Below, in pieces: positions 25,191 through 34,403 of a stretch of 42,505 bases of DNA (position 1 is the stretch's first letter; every line of letters begins with the position of its first letter). A model generated the notes under the pieces. That model was not told the DNA's origin and searched no databases. It saw nothing but the letters and a program-made list of their open reading frames with translations. Position numbers and translations under genes: made by a program. This stretch comes from a virus, in the IMG/VR virus record IMGVR_UViG_3300023443_000233; one strand, written 5' to 3'.

Positions 25191-26225
25191 ATGGAAAAAA
25201 GTTTAATGAAAATGAACTTGCAGTATTTTGCTGCAAAAACAAAAATCGAAGATGTCATTGTACCAGAAGTCTTCAACCGTTACGTTATTGAACGTACTGC
25301 TGAATTATCAGCGTTGTACCAATCAGGAATTGTTGTGAAAGACCCAGAATTAGATGCTTTGGCTACTGCTGGTGGTAAGTTGATCAACATGCCGTTTTGG
25401 CAAGATTTAACAGGCGACGATGAAGTGTTATCTGATACAGAATCATTGGCAACAGATAAAATCACTGCTGGTCAAGACGTTGCCGCTCTCTTGATGCGTG
25501 GTAAAGCTTGGAAAGTAAATGATTTATCTAAAGCATTGTCTGGTGACGATCCTATGCGTGCTATCGGTGACTTGGTTGCTGCTTATTGGGCACGCCGTCA
25601 ACAAGCTACTTTGTTGAGCGTCTTAAAAGGTGTGTTTGGTGCCACAACTACTAAAATGGGCGACAATAGCTTAGATATTTCTGCTTTAACAGGTAACGAT
25701 GCAGCATTCACTGGTGAAACATTCCTAGATGCTTCATACAAATTAGGTGATGCAGAAGAAAAACTGACTGCCATTGCCGTTCATTCATCTGTATATGCTA
25801 ACTTGCGTAAACAAAACTTGATTGAGTTCTTGCTAGATTCAAACAACACGAAAATCCCAACTTACATGGGTAAACGCGTGATCGTTGATGATGGTATGCC
25901 TAATTCTGGCGGAGTGTTCACATCTTACATCTTTGGCCAAGGGGCTATCGGTTTAGGTAACGGCGCTGCTCCAGTTCCAACAGAAACAGATCGTGATGCA
26001 TTAGCTGGCGATGATATCTTGGTTAACCGCCAACATTTCTTATTGCATCCTCGTGGAGTTAAATTCACTAGCAAATCTGTCGCTGGCTCTTCTCCAACAA
26101 ACACTGAGTTAGCTACTGGCGGTAACTGGGAACGTGTATACGAATCTAAAAATGTTCGTATCGTTCAATTCAAGCATAAATTATGGACACCGACTACTAC
26201 GATCGCTGGTGGGACTGGCGAATAA
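25191..26225 (+). CDS. Major capsid protein
   Basis: About 344 aa. Position and size fit. MNLQYFA N-terminal motif. Abundant-protein codon usage, rich in Gly and Ala. Confidence 0.9.
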   Translation: MEKSLMKMNLQYFAAKTKIEDVIVPEVFNRYVIERTAELSALYQSGIVVKDPELDALATAGGKLINMPFWQDLTGDDEVLSDTESLATDKITAGQDVAALLMRGKAWKVNDLSKALSGDDPMRAIGDLVAAYWARRQQATLLSVLKGVFGATTTKMGDNSLDISALTGNDAAFTGETFLDASYKLGDAEEKLTAIAVHSSVYANLRKQNLIEFLLDSNNTKIPTYMGKRVIVDDGMPNSGGVFTSYIFGQGAIGLGNGAAPVPTETDRDALAGDDILVNRQHFLLHPRGVKFTSKSVAGSSPTNTELATGGNWERVYESKNVRIVQFKHKLWTPTTTIAGGTGE

Positions 26226-26236
26226 GGAGTGAAATC

Positions 26237-26563
26237 ATGGACGAGAAACGAGATGAAGTTATTTCAGTACTAGCTGAGCAATTGGAGATATCTCCTATCT
26301 CAGCAACAGTATTGATCGAGGACGCTGTCGCACTCGTCCTTGATTATACTGGTCGTGAAGCGATGATTGATAGTATGTGGGTATATGCAAGACAACTTGC
26401 AACAATCGCATACAACCAACAGGGCGCTGAAGGTGAAGCTTCAAGGTCTGAAGGCGGCGTATCGCAGTCTTTCTTGACCGATATTCCAGTCTCTATTCAA
26501 CGTGGCTTGAACAGATTCCGAAAGGGAAAGGTTGTGAGTTACTATGCGCCTACTGAAGAATAA
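26237..26563 (+). CDS. Head-tail connector (gp6-like / DNA-packaging) protein
   Basis: ATG 26237 follows AAGGAG. The segment IEDAVALVLDYTGR is typical of this family. Confidence 0.7.
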   Translation: MDEKRDEVISVLAEQLEISPISATVLIEDAVALVLDYTGREAMIDSMWVYARQLATIAYNQQGAEGEASRSEGGVSQSFLTDIPVSIQRGLNRFRKGKVVSYYAPTEE

Positions 26564-26894
26564 CCTACAAACTGTTTATCTAAAGAGGCGGAAAGTCACT
26601 CTTGACGAAGAAGCAGAAGAAATAATCACTTACCCATATGATCCAATTGAGTTGCGAATGAATGTACAAGCGGCAAGCGGTACGGTAAACGCACAAATAT
26701 ACGGTAGTAAGCTTGAAACGATGAAAGCATGCAAATACCAGGGCGACAAAATAAACGAAGCGCAAAACGAATTAGACGGCATTTGCGTCTACGTTGGTAA
26801 AGATGAGGAACCAGACTTCACGATCAAATCTATCCAGACATTTTCGACGCACAAGAACATTACGCTAGAAAGGAATGATAATCGTGAGAGTTGA
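26544..26894 (+). CDS. Head closure / head-tail joining protein
   Basis: 116 aa. Order and size match SPP1 gp16-type proteins. Confidence 0.6.
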   Translation: MRLLKNNLQTVYLKRRKVTLDEEAEEIITYPYDPIELRMNVQAASGTVNAQIYGSKLETMKACKYQGDKINEAQNELDGICVYVGKDEEPDFTIKSIQTFSTHKNITLERNDNRES

Positions 26895-27426
26895 AATCAA
26901 AGGCCTTGAAAGTTTACGGCGAAAAGTCAAAGCAATACCGCAAATCTTAGATGATGCGATGTGGGATGCGACTTTTGAAATCACTGAGTTGATCAAACAA
27001 GCTGCCGAATTGCGATTGTCGTCTAGCATGAAATATTCTAGTGGTGAATTGTTGGATAGTTTGAAAAACGAAGTCGTGATTAATGCACAAAACCAAATTG
27101 TTGGACGTGTCTGGTCCGACAAGCAAGAATCGCTATTTCGTGAAGTTGGTACTGGTCCTGTCGGTGAAGCTAGTCAAAAAGACTTACCAGAAGGATTTAC
27201 ACCAGTTTACTCGCAAACAGCATGGTTTATCCCAGCAAAAGATGTTGCAGTTGATTTGGAAGCTATATACGGTATTCCTCGTGTGACTGTTCAAGGTACA
27301 GACTTCTACATTACCAAAGGACAGCCAGCACGACCGTTCTTGTATCCTTCTTTAGTAGATTTGATCGGTGAAGCACCTGAAATCTACAAAGAACATGTAC
27401 AACGCAAATTAAGGGAGTTGAAGTGA
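26875..27426 (+). CDS. HK97 gp10-family neck protein (probable GTG start at 26884)
   Basis: The pattern VEIKGLESL ... FREVGTGP matches the family. AGGA lies 9 nt upstream of GTG 26884. Confidence 0.7.
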   Translation: MIIVRVEIKGLESLRRKVKAIPQILDDAMWDATFEITELIKQAAELRLSSSMKYSSGELLDSLKNEVVINAQNQIVGRVWSDKQESLFREVGTGPVGEASQKDLPEGFTPVYSQTAWFIPAKDVAVDLEAIYGIPRVTVQGTDFYITKGQPARPFLYPSLVDLIGEAPEIYKEHVQRKLRELK

Positions 27427-27788
27427 TGGAACGAGTGAATATGAAGACAGTCACTGTTGAAGTATTACAATCCGTTACTGCTATCAAGAAGATTGCTACG
27501 GACTATCCTTCGACATGGAATACTTTCCCGTTAGCTATCTATCGAACGGCCAACAAACCATATCAGATTGATTCGTTGGGCAACGAGTTACAAACAGATT
27601 GGACGATCACAGTTGAATTATACGGAGACAAAAGCCAGACCAGTATTGCTGAAAGTGTTTTAAGTACATTCAGTGTTATTGGTTTTTCTGGTACCGCTAA
27701 AGATGCTAACACGGCTGATTTGAAGCGAATCATCGTTGAAGTAACAGCTGTAGTTGATAATGTTACGAAATACGTTTACAAAAAATAG
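27423..27788 (+). CDS. Tail completion / terminator protein
   Basis: About 120 aa, immediately upstream of the major tail protein. Confidence 0.6.
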   Translation: MMERVNMKTVTVEVLQSVTAIKKIATDYPSTWNTFPLAIYRTANKPYQIDSLGNELQTDWTITVELYGDKSQTSIAESVLSTFSVIGFSGTAKDANTADLKRIIVEVTAVVDNVTKYVYKK

Positions 27789-27800
27789 GAGGAATTACAC

Positions 27801-28220
27801 ATGGATTTTGCAGGACTATTATCAAAGGGCACTGTCTTAACCTACAAAGATGGTGCAACAACTAAAACTGTAGCAGGAGTTAAATCTATCCCAGCGTTGG
27901 GCAGTGACCCAGAAAAAGTTGATGTTACACACTTGGGATCAGAAAAGAAAGCTTATATCAAAGGTATCGAAGATACTGACAATTTGGAATTTGCAATTGT
28001 ATATCAAGGAGATAACTTCCGTGATATTCATGCGCTAGTTGAAACTGGAAAATCTGTAGATTGGACGATTACTTATCCAGACGGATTGAAAGCTGAATTC
28101 ACTGGCGAACCTTACTACAAATTTGATGGAGCTGAAGTTAACCAAGCGATTGGATTTAACGTAGGTATTGTGGTAAGTGACGGTCCAGATATCACTCCGG
28201 CACCAGCGCCGGGGGCGTAA
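27801..28220 (+). CDS. Major tail protein (phi13-type)
   Basis: 139 aa. Strong RBS AGGAGG. Sequence GTVLTY ... IPALGSDPEKVDVTHLGS. Followed by a strong terminator. Confidence 0.85.
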   Translation: MDFAGLLSKGTVLTYKDGATTKTVAGVKSIPALGSDPEKVDVTHLGSEKKAYIKGIEDTDNLEFAIVYQGDNFRDIHALVETGKSVDWTITYPDGLKAEFTGEPYYKFDGAEVNQAIGFNVGIVVSDGPDITPAPAPGA

Positions 28221-28260
28221 CAACCCTCAATATTACTGAGGAAGATAACGTAAACGAATC

Positions 28261-28296
28261 AGAGACTGAGGGATAATCCTTAGTCTCTATTTTTAT
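28261..28296 (+). terminator. Strong rho-independent terminator after the major tail gene
   Basis: AGAGACTGAGG pairs with CCTTAGTCTCT (11 bp, one G-U), followed by ATTTTTAT. Confidence 0.75.
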
Positions 28297-28315
28297 AAAT
28301 TAGGAGGAAACATAC

Positions 28316-28723
28316 ATGTCAAAAAACAACGTAGTACAAATGCCAAACACTAAAACATTTCAATTAGGAGAGCTAAATTTACAACTTCGTTTAGACGGTA
28401 AATCGATTTTAGCAATCGAAAAGCGCTTAGATGAAGGGATTATGGGACTGTTTGTTAAAAAGCAAGGCGAAATCAAATTACCACCAGCCAACAGTTTATT
28501 GATTATCTTACAAGGCGCCAATAAAACAAGCGGCGTGACAGATAAAGCAATCGTTGATGCGTTCGAGCAATACATTGAATCAGGAAAAACAACGATGGAT
28601 CTATTTGGTGAAATCAACGACTTCTTGGATGAAGCTGGTTTTTTCGGAAAGAAAGAAACGGCGAACGAAGCGACAGATGGGGAATCTTTGGATCAAACGA
28701 ACAGCGAAGACAGTCTTCTGTAA
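28316..28723 (+). CDS. Tail assembly chaperone (gpG analogue)
   Basis: 135 aa with an acidic C-terminus. Located between the major tail protein and the tape measure. Confidence 0.75.
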   Translation: MSKNNVVQMPNTKTFQLGELNLQLRLDGKSILAIEKRLDEGIMGLFVKKQGEIKLPPANSLLIILQGANKTSGVTDKAIVDAFEQYIESGKTTMDLFGEINDFLDEAGFFGKKETANEATDGESLDQTNSEDSLL

Positions 28724-29121
28724 AAAACTTCGATAATCTATCCGAAATGCTTGAATTCATGTACCCACAAGCTGTTGAAGCAGGAATCCCTTCTACAGAG
28801 TATTGGGGAATGACACTTGAGGAAATCATGATACAAGTTCAAGCCAACAAGCGGATAAAAGAAAATGAAATGAGAGAGAGGGCATATTTTGATTATGCGC
28901 AGCAAAAATTATCAATCTATGCTTTTAACGACCCTAAACACATGCCTGGGTTCGAAGACGCTTATCCTTTTCTCAAACAAATTGAACAGGCGGTTGAAGA
29001 AGCGAAGACCGAAGAAGAAACAAAGCAAGAAGCTATGCAGCGTGAGCAAGAAATTTTCTTGGCCCAAGCTCAGGCTATCAAAGCAACAAGAGAAAGAAGA
29101 AAACTCATAGAAGAAAGGTAG
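28316..29121 (+). CDS. Tail assembly chaperone G-T fusion (via -1 frameshift at 28639-28645)
   Basis: The G/GT arrangement upstream of the tape measure is conserved. I checked the -1 frame codon by codon from 28645 to 28747 and found no stop. Confidence 0.55.
28639..28645 (+). promoter_or_regulatory. -1 programmed frameshift slippery heptamer T TTT TTC
   Basis: It is in X XXY YYZ phase with the gpG frame (GGT TTT TTC). The -1 frame is open from 28633 to 29121. The downstream ORF's own ATG (28747) has no RBS. Confidence 0.6.
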
Positions 29122-29131
29122 GTGAGAAAGC

Positions 29132-32100
29132 ATGGAATTAGAAACACTTGAAGTCTTATTAGATATCAATACTGCTCGAGTTGAGCAATCCCTAGAGAGT
29201 GTATTGCCAAAAATTGAGGGTGCAATGAGTAGAATCCAACAAATGTCCGGTAACTCAATGGATCGCACAGAGAAAAATATGGATATTGAAAAAGGCGCTA
29301 GCAATTTCACGAAACAATTAGAAAAAATGAATCAAGCACTCGAAAAGACGTTATCAAACTTCGAACGATCAACAAAGCAATCGTCTGAAGCGGCTGGTGA
29401 TAACTTTGCAACAGGTGTACGTAAAGCTCGTCCGAAAGTGACCAAGGAAATCGATGCGATGGTGAATGAGATCAACGCCAAGATGGGACAAGCGAAAGCA
29501 GCACAAGAAAAGGTTGCTTATCTGAAATCGCAAAGGCAAACGGCATCTAGTCAAGGAGATACAGGGAAAGTCGTTAAATACGATGAACAAATCGCTCGAG
29601 CGCAGGCACAGATGACTAAGTTTCAAGATCAAGCAAAAGGTATGGGTAATACAATTAAGCGTGAATTAGACGCTGTTCCGTCTTCCTTGGAAAATATAAC
29701 AAAAGGCATGAGCCAAAACGAAGCCCAAATTGAAGCGATGCGAAAACGAATTCGGACGTTGAAGGCGGAGTACAACGACCAACGTGTGCCAACAGGCAGC
29801 TTTACATCTGGATTCAAGAATTATGAAGATACTCCTCAATCACTGAAAACGTCTGGTGAGATTCAAAAACAATCAATCAAGATGAATAAGCTTATAAGTG
29901 ATAATGATCGTTTGCAAAAGGAATACGCACAAACTGAAGACCGCGCAGACGCACTGAGAAAGGCACTACAACGTGTTAACTCCGCATTAGGACAATCATC
30001 CATCCAAACGGGTAACGCCTCTAGCGGCGCTAGTATGACGGGTACAGGATTGAAACAATCTGAGCGAGCTGTTTCTAAATATGGCGGTGTATTCAACCGC
30101 ATGTCCAATGCAGTTTCTCATGGATTTGGGAGCGTCGGAAATGGCTTAAGGAACTCTCTTGGATTTATTGGAAAGTTCGGAAGTCTATTTTCTAGTAACT
30201 CCAATAAAGTAACGGCCGGAACAAACAGAATGACTGGAAGCACAAACGCTTTTGGCCAGTCAATGAAATACTTGCTACCTTCATTAGTTGTGTATCAATT
30301 ATTAGGTGGCGCAATCACCAAAATGGCTAGCGGTATGATGTCAGCATTGAAAACGAACGATCAATTCAGCGCCTCGTTGAATCAGATTAAAGTCAATCTT
30401 ATGACGGCATTCTATCCAATATACACGGCAATCTTACCAGCGTTGAATGCGTTAATGAGTACAGTGGCCCAACTCACGGGGCAGCTTGCTTCATTTATTG
30501 CAATGTTATTCGGGACAACCTATGACGCGGCAAAACAAGGCGCTAGTGGATTGTATGACAATATCCAAGCGCTGAACGATACTGGTTCTTCTGCAAATAA
30601 GGCCAATGAGAAAGTCAAAAAACTGCAACGATCGTTAATGGGATTTGATCAAATCAACAAGCTAACGATGAATACTGATGATGCAAAGAAAGAAGATCCT
30701 GCTCCTGGTATTGATTTTGGGTCTGCAACTGGTAACTATTCTACGCCCAAATGGATGAAGGATATTCAAAATATTTTGAAGGATTTCTTCAAACCTTTCC
30801 AAGATGCATGGAAAAATCAAGGACAACGAGTGATCGATGCTTGGAAGTATGCATTAGGTGAAGTAATAGGTCTAGCTTCTGCTATCGGCAAGTCATTTAT
30901 GGAAGTTTGGACAAACGGAACTGGTCAAAAGTTTATCGAGAACATCCTTATTCTTTTGGCAGATGTACTCGGAATAATCGGTGATATCGCTGGTGCTTTC
31001 AAACGAGCTTGGGAAGACAAAGGACGAGGAACACGCTTGATTCAATCCATTTTCGATATGTGGAACCGAATCCTTGAATTGCTTCATGAAGTGGCTGTTG
31101 CTTTTCGTAATGCATGGAACGATGGTCGTGGAGAAAGTATAGCTGCGAACATCCTTGAAATCTATACGAATATCTTCAACACAATCGGCAACATTGCTGA
31201 GCAACTTAAAAAGGCTTGGAAAGAAGGAAAAGTTGGAGAATCAATCTTCGGAACAATCCTTGATGCAGTAGATGATTTATTAGGTAATATCAACGGCATG
31301 ACCAAAGCGACTGAAGAATGGGCGAAGAATCTTGATTTCACACCATTACTCAAAGCTATAGATGAATTATTCAAATCGATTCGTCCAATCTTGAAAAATG
31401 TAGGTGATGGGCTTGAGTGGTTGTATAAAAACGTATTGTTGCCACTGGCAAGTTTTTACATTGAAGACTACGTGCCCAAATATTTTGATTATCTATCAGC
31501 TGCTCTAGATGTGCTGAACCAAGTGATTGAGATTTTCAAACCAATCTTTAAATGGTTCTGGGATGTCGTTATTGTTCCTCTTGCTCAGGTGGCTAAATTC
31601 CTGATTATTGGACAAATTGAACTCTTGACAAAAGGGTTAGAAATTCTTGCTGGCGTGTTAGAAAAAGTTGCTAACGCAGTTAAGAATCCTAAAAAAGCGA
31701 TTGGTGAACTTAAAGATGTCATAGATGACAAGTTTGGCAGCATCATGACATTTGTTTCTGATACTTGGGGAAATGTTCAAAAATGGACCAGTGATACTTG
31801 GGCCAACGCCAAGAAAACTGTTTCGGAAAAAGCTTCTGATATTTGGAAGAATGTTAGCGGACGATGGAGTGACATCAAGAAGAATACCAAAGAAACTTGG
31901 GACACTTTTTCTACAGATGTATCAAACAAAGCAAGAACTGCTAAGGATAATGCATCCAAACGTTTACAAGAACTTAGAACGAACATTTCTGATCGATGGA
32001 GTAACGTCAAAAAGAATACCGTTGAAAAATGGAATGAAATACAAGACAAAGTTACAACAGCAGCAGGAAATGCAAAATCAAAAGCAAGTACAGCGTTCTC

Positions 32101-34024
32101 TAATCTTAAGACTAGTATGGGCGGATCTTTTGAAACAATGAAGAAAAATGCTTCTGAAGCTTTCGATAAAATCACTGGTTGGGCAACCGGATTAGGTAGC
32201 AAGATTGGTAAAGGTTTGAGCAATGGTGTCAAATCCGTCAAAGAAGGCGCTGGAAAAATTTTCAACGGAATGGTCGGAGTTATCGGAAAAGGTGTCAACG
32301 GTGTAATCAGCGGTATCAACTGGGTACTAAACAAAGTTGGTGCAGGAAGTAGCGCTTTGAAAAAATGGACAATTCCTACTTATGCTAAAGGTACTGGGTA
32401 TCATCCAGGCGGCATGGCTCTGGTCAACGACGGACTAGGTTCTAATTATCAGGAAGCTTACCGGACACCAGATGGACGTACTGGTATCTTTCCGGCGCAA
32501 AGAAATCTAATGGTCGATCTACCAAAAGGAACGTCTGTTTTAAGTGGTCCAAAGACTGCTGCGATGTATGGCGTACCAGCCTATGCAAATGGTATAGGTG
32601 AATGGTTTAAAGAGAAATGGAATGGTGCAAAAGAAATTGCATCGGATATTTGGTCTTATGCATCAAATCCGAAGAAGCTTTTGAATGCTGCAATTTCTAA
32701 GTTCGTTAACTTGAAAGGTGCTGTTGAACCGGCTCTATCAATGGCGAAAGGTTCCGTTGGTACGATCGCAGAAGGTTCTTATGAATGGTTTAAATCGAAG
32801 TTCAATGCAGGATATGAAGCACAAAATATTTCGTTTGATGGATCAATGGGGAGTTGGGGTGTATACAAATACCTATATGATATCGCTAGAAAAACTGTCG
32901 ATCGATATCCTGGTATGAGAATCACTTCTGGCTTTAGACCAGGTGATCCACATTCCCACGGAAAGCATCAAGCAATTGATGTCGCCTATCCAGCAAGTAT
33001 GAACGGATCTTCGAAATACTTTGCTCCAGCGAACTGGGTGTTTGATAACTTTGCTTCAAAAGTAGCTTACGTAATCACTCAAGGTAAAGTTCGAGACCGA
33101 AAAGGAATGTCTGGTACTGGATCGAGCGGAAGTTGGGTAAGATGGCCGCAGAATGACCATTACGATCATTTGCATATCAACGGCTCACTCGGAGCAAGCG
33201 ACATTGACAAGAATGCTTCGTTTGGTGCATCTGGAGGTGCAGCAGTTGCTGGTAAGTATGGTTCATCAGTAGAAAGATGGCGTTCGACTGTCAATAGCGC
33301 ATTGAACAAACTAGGAATTTACTCACTAGCCAATGCAAATCGCACGCTTTACCAAATGAAGACTGAATCAAATGGTAACCCTAACGCTATCAACAATTGG
33401 GATATCAACGCCAAAAATGGCACACCTTCAAAAGGTTTGATGCAGGTTATTGATCCAACCTTTAGAGCATATGCAAGAAGCCCGTACAACAAAAATATTT
33501 GGGACCCAATGTCGAATATTTTGGCTTCTATGAGATATGCATTAAGTCGGTACGGATCATTGGCAGCAGCTTATCGAGGTGTTGGATATGAGAACGGTGG
33601 CTTAGTTACTCAAGACGGTTTATATCGTATGGGAGAAGGCAACAAGAAAGAGATGGTCATTCCACTTGAGAGACCTCAACGTGCTGCTGAACTGATTCAA
33701 CAAGCTGTTGAGTATCTTGGGCTTGATATGTTCAACTCAAGCCTTGTTTTGCCAGAAATGTTCACAGAACCGGCAAGTGTATCTAGCATGTCTTCAAGTT
33801 TCAACAACCAGAGCACGCCTTCGCAATCAATGGGAACGGATGAACTTTATCGCATTCTATTGATGTTGTTGAATCGTCCGGGTAATGGAGGCGGCGACAA
33901 TCCAACTCCTACAAGAACGGAAGTCAATCTTAAAGTTGATCGTGCTACCTTAGCCACAGTTGTACTAGAAGAAATAAAAAAAATTGAGAAACAAACTGGC
34001 GTTAATCCAGTAATCGGAAAATAG
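29132..34024 (+). CDS. Tape measure protein with C-terminal LAS/M15-type peptidase and lytic transglycosylase domains
   Basis: 1630 aa with W-containing repeats and TM-like segments. The peptidase signature is ITSGFRPGDPHSHGKHQAIDV ... HYDHLHI. The SLT signature is YQMKTESNGNPNAIN ... GLMQV. Confidence 0.95.
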   Translation: MELETLEVLLDINTARVEQSLESVLPKIEGAMSRIQQMSGNSMDRTEKNMDIEKGASNFTKQLEKMNQALEKTLSNFERSTKQSSEAAGDNFATGVRKARPKVTKEIDAMVNEINAKMGQAKAAQEKVAYLKSQRQTASSQGDTGKVVKYDEQIARAQAQMTKFQDQAKGMGNTIKRELDAVPSSLENITKGMSQNEAQIEAMRKRIRTLKAEYNDQRVPTGSFTSGFKNYEDTPQSLKTSGEIQKQSIKMNKLISDNDRLQKEYAQTEDRADALRKALQRVNSALGQSSIQTGNASSGASMTGTGLKQSERAVSKYGGVFNRMSNAVSHGFGSVGNGLRNSLGFIGKFGSLFSSNSNKVTAGTNRMTGSTNAFGQSMKYLLPSLVVYQLLGGAITKMASGMMSALKTNDQFSASLNQIKVNLMTAFYPIYTAILPALNALMSTVAQLTGQLASFIAMLFGTTYDAAKQGASGLYDNIQALNDTGSSANKANEKVKKLQRSLMGFDQINKLTMNTDDAKKEDPAPGIDFGSATGNYSTPKWMKDIQNILKDFFKPFQDAWKNQGQRVIDAWKYALGEVIGLASAIGKSFMEVWTNGTGQKFIENILILLADVLGIIGDIAGAFKRAWEDKGRGTRLIQSIFDMWNRILELLHEVAVAFRNAWNDGRGESIAANILEIYTNIFNTIGNIAEQLKKAWKEGKVGESIFGTILDAVDDLLGNINGMTKATEEWAKNLDFTPLLKAIDELFKSIRPILKNVGDGLEWLYKNVLLPLASFYIEDYVPKYFDYLSAALDVLNQVIEIFKPIFKWFWDVVIVPLAQVAKFLIIGQIELLTKGLEILAGVLEKVANAVKNPKKAIGELKDVIDDKFGSIMTFVSDTWGNVQKWTSDTWANAKKTVSEKASDIWKNVSGRWSDIKKNTKETWDTFSTDVSNKARTAKDNASKRLQELRTNISDRWSNVKKNTVEKWNEIQDKVTTAAGNAKSKASTAFSNLKTSMGGSFETMKKNASEAFDKITGWATGLGSKIGKGLSNGVKSVKEGAGKIFNGMVGVIGKGVNGVISGINWVLNKVGAGSSALKKWTIPTYAKGTGYHPGGMALVNDGLGSNYQEAYRTPDGRTGIFPAQRNLMVDLPKGTSVLSGPKTAAMYGVPAYANGIGEWFKEKWNGAKEIASDIWSYASNPKKLLNAAISKFVNLKGAVEPALSMAKGSVGTIAEGSYEWFKSKFNAGYEAQNISFDGSMGSWGVYKYLYDIARKTVDRYPGMRITSGFRPGDPHSHGKHQAIDVAYPASMNGSSKYFAPANWVFDNFASKVAYVITQGKVRDRKGMSGTGSSGSWVRWPQNDHYDHLHINGSLGASDIDKNASFGASGGAAVAGKYGSSVERWRSTVNSALNKLGIYSLANANRTLYQMKTESNGNPNAINNWDINAKNGTPSKGLMQVIDPTFRAYARSPYNKNIWDPMSNILASMRYALSRYGSLAAAYRGVGYENGGLVTQDGLYRMGEGNKKEMVIPLERPQRAAELIQQAVEYLGLDMFNSSLVLPEMFTEPASVSSMSSSFNNQSTPSQSMGTDELYRILLMLLNRPGNGGGDNPTPTRTEVNLKVDRATLATVVLEEIKKIEKQTGVNPVIGK

Positions 34025-34036
34025 GAGGGTGGTAAG

Positions 34037-34399
34037 ATGGCAAACTTAAGTATCAATGGGAGCGTGGTCAAGCCACCCAAGACTTTTTCAGCAAGTATCC
34101 AAACGATTGATGCTGATTCTACTGGAAGAAACGCCAGCGGGAAAATGATCAGAGATATAATCGCAGAGAAAGTAAAGCTTGATATTGCTTGGGGACCACT
34201 ATCTGACAGTGAAATATCACAAATACTATCAAAAGTATCTGCTGCTTTTTTCTCGGTTTCATATCCTGATCCGCAAGTTGGCGGAAATACAACTAAAAGA
34301 TTTTACGTAGGGGATAGGACTGCCGCTTCATATTCTTGGAATGATAAGTTTCAAGCTATGAAGTGGGAAGGTTTAACCCTAAGTTTTATTGAGGAGTGA
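34037..34399 (+). CDS. Small tail protein in the distal-tail (Dit) position
   Basis: 120 aa, directly after the tape measure. It is shorter than a classical Dit. Confidence 0.55.
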   Translation: MANLSINGSVVKPPKTFSASIQTIDADSTGRNASGKMIRDIIAEKVKLDIAWGPLSDSEISQILSKVSAAFFSVSYPDPQVGGNTTKRFYVGDRTAASYSWNDKFQAMKWEGLTLSFIEE

Positions 34400-34403
34400 T
34401 TAT

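Noticed and set aside
28747-29121. Independent 124-aa ORF starting at ATG 28747
   Set aside because: There is no RBS, and the frame is open 114 nt further upstream into gpG, with a phased U UUU UUC site. It is treated as the T part of a G-T frameshift fusion.
31752-32334. ORFs 31752-32141 (+) and 31777-32334 (-) inside the tape measure gene
   Set aside because: These are alternative-frame and antisense ORFs within a continuous 1630-aa CDS with clear tape-measure repeats.
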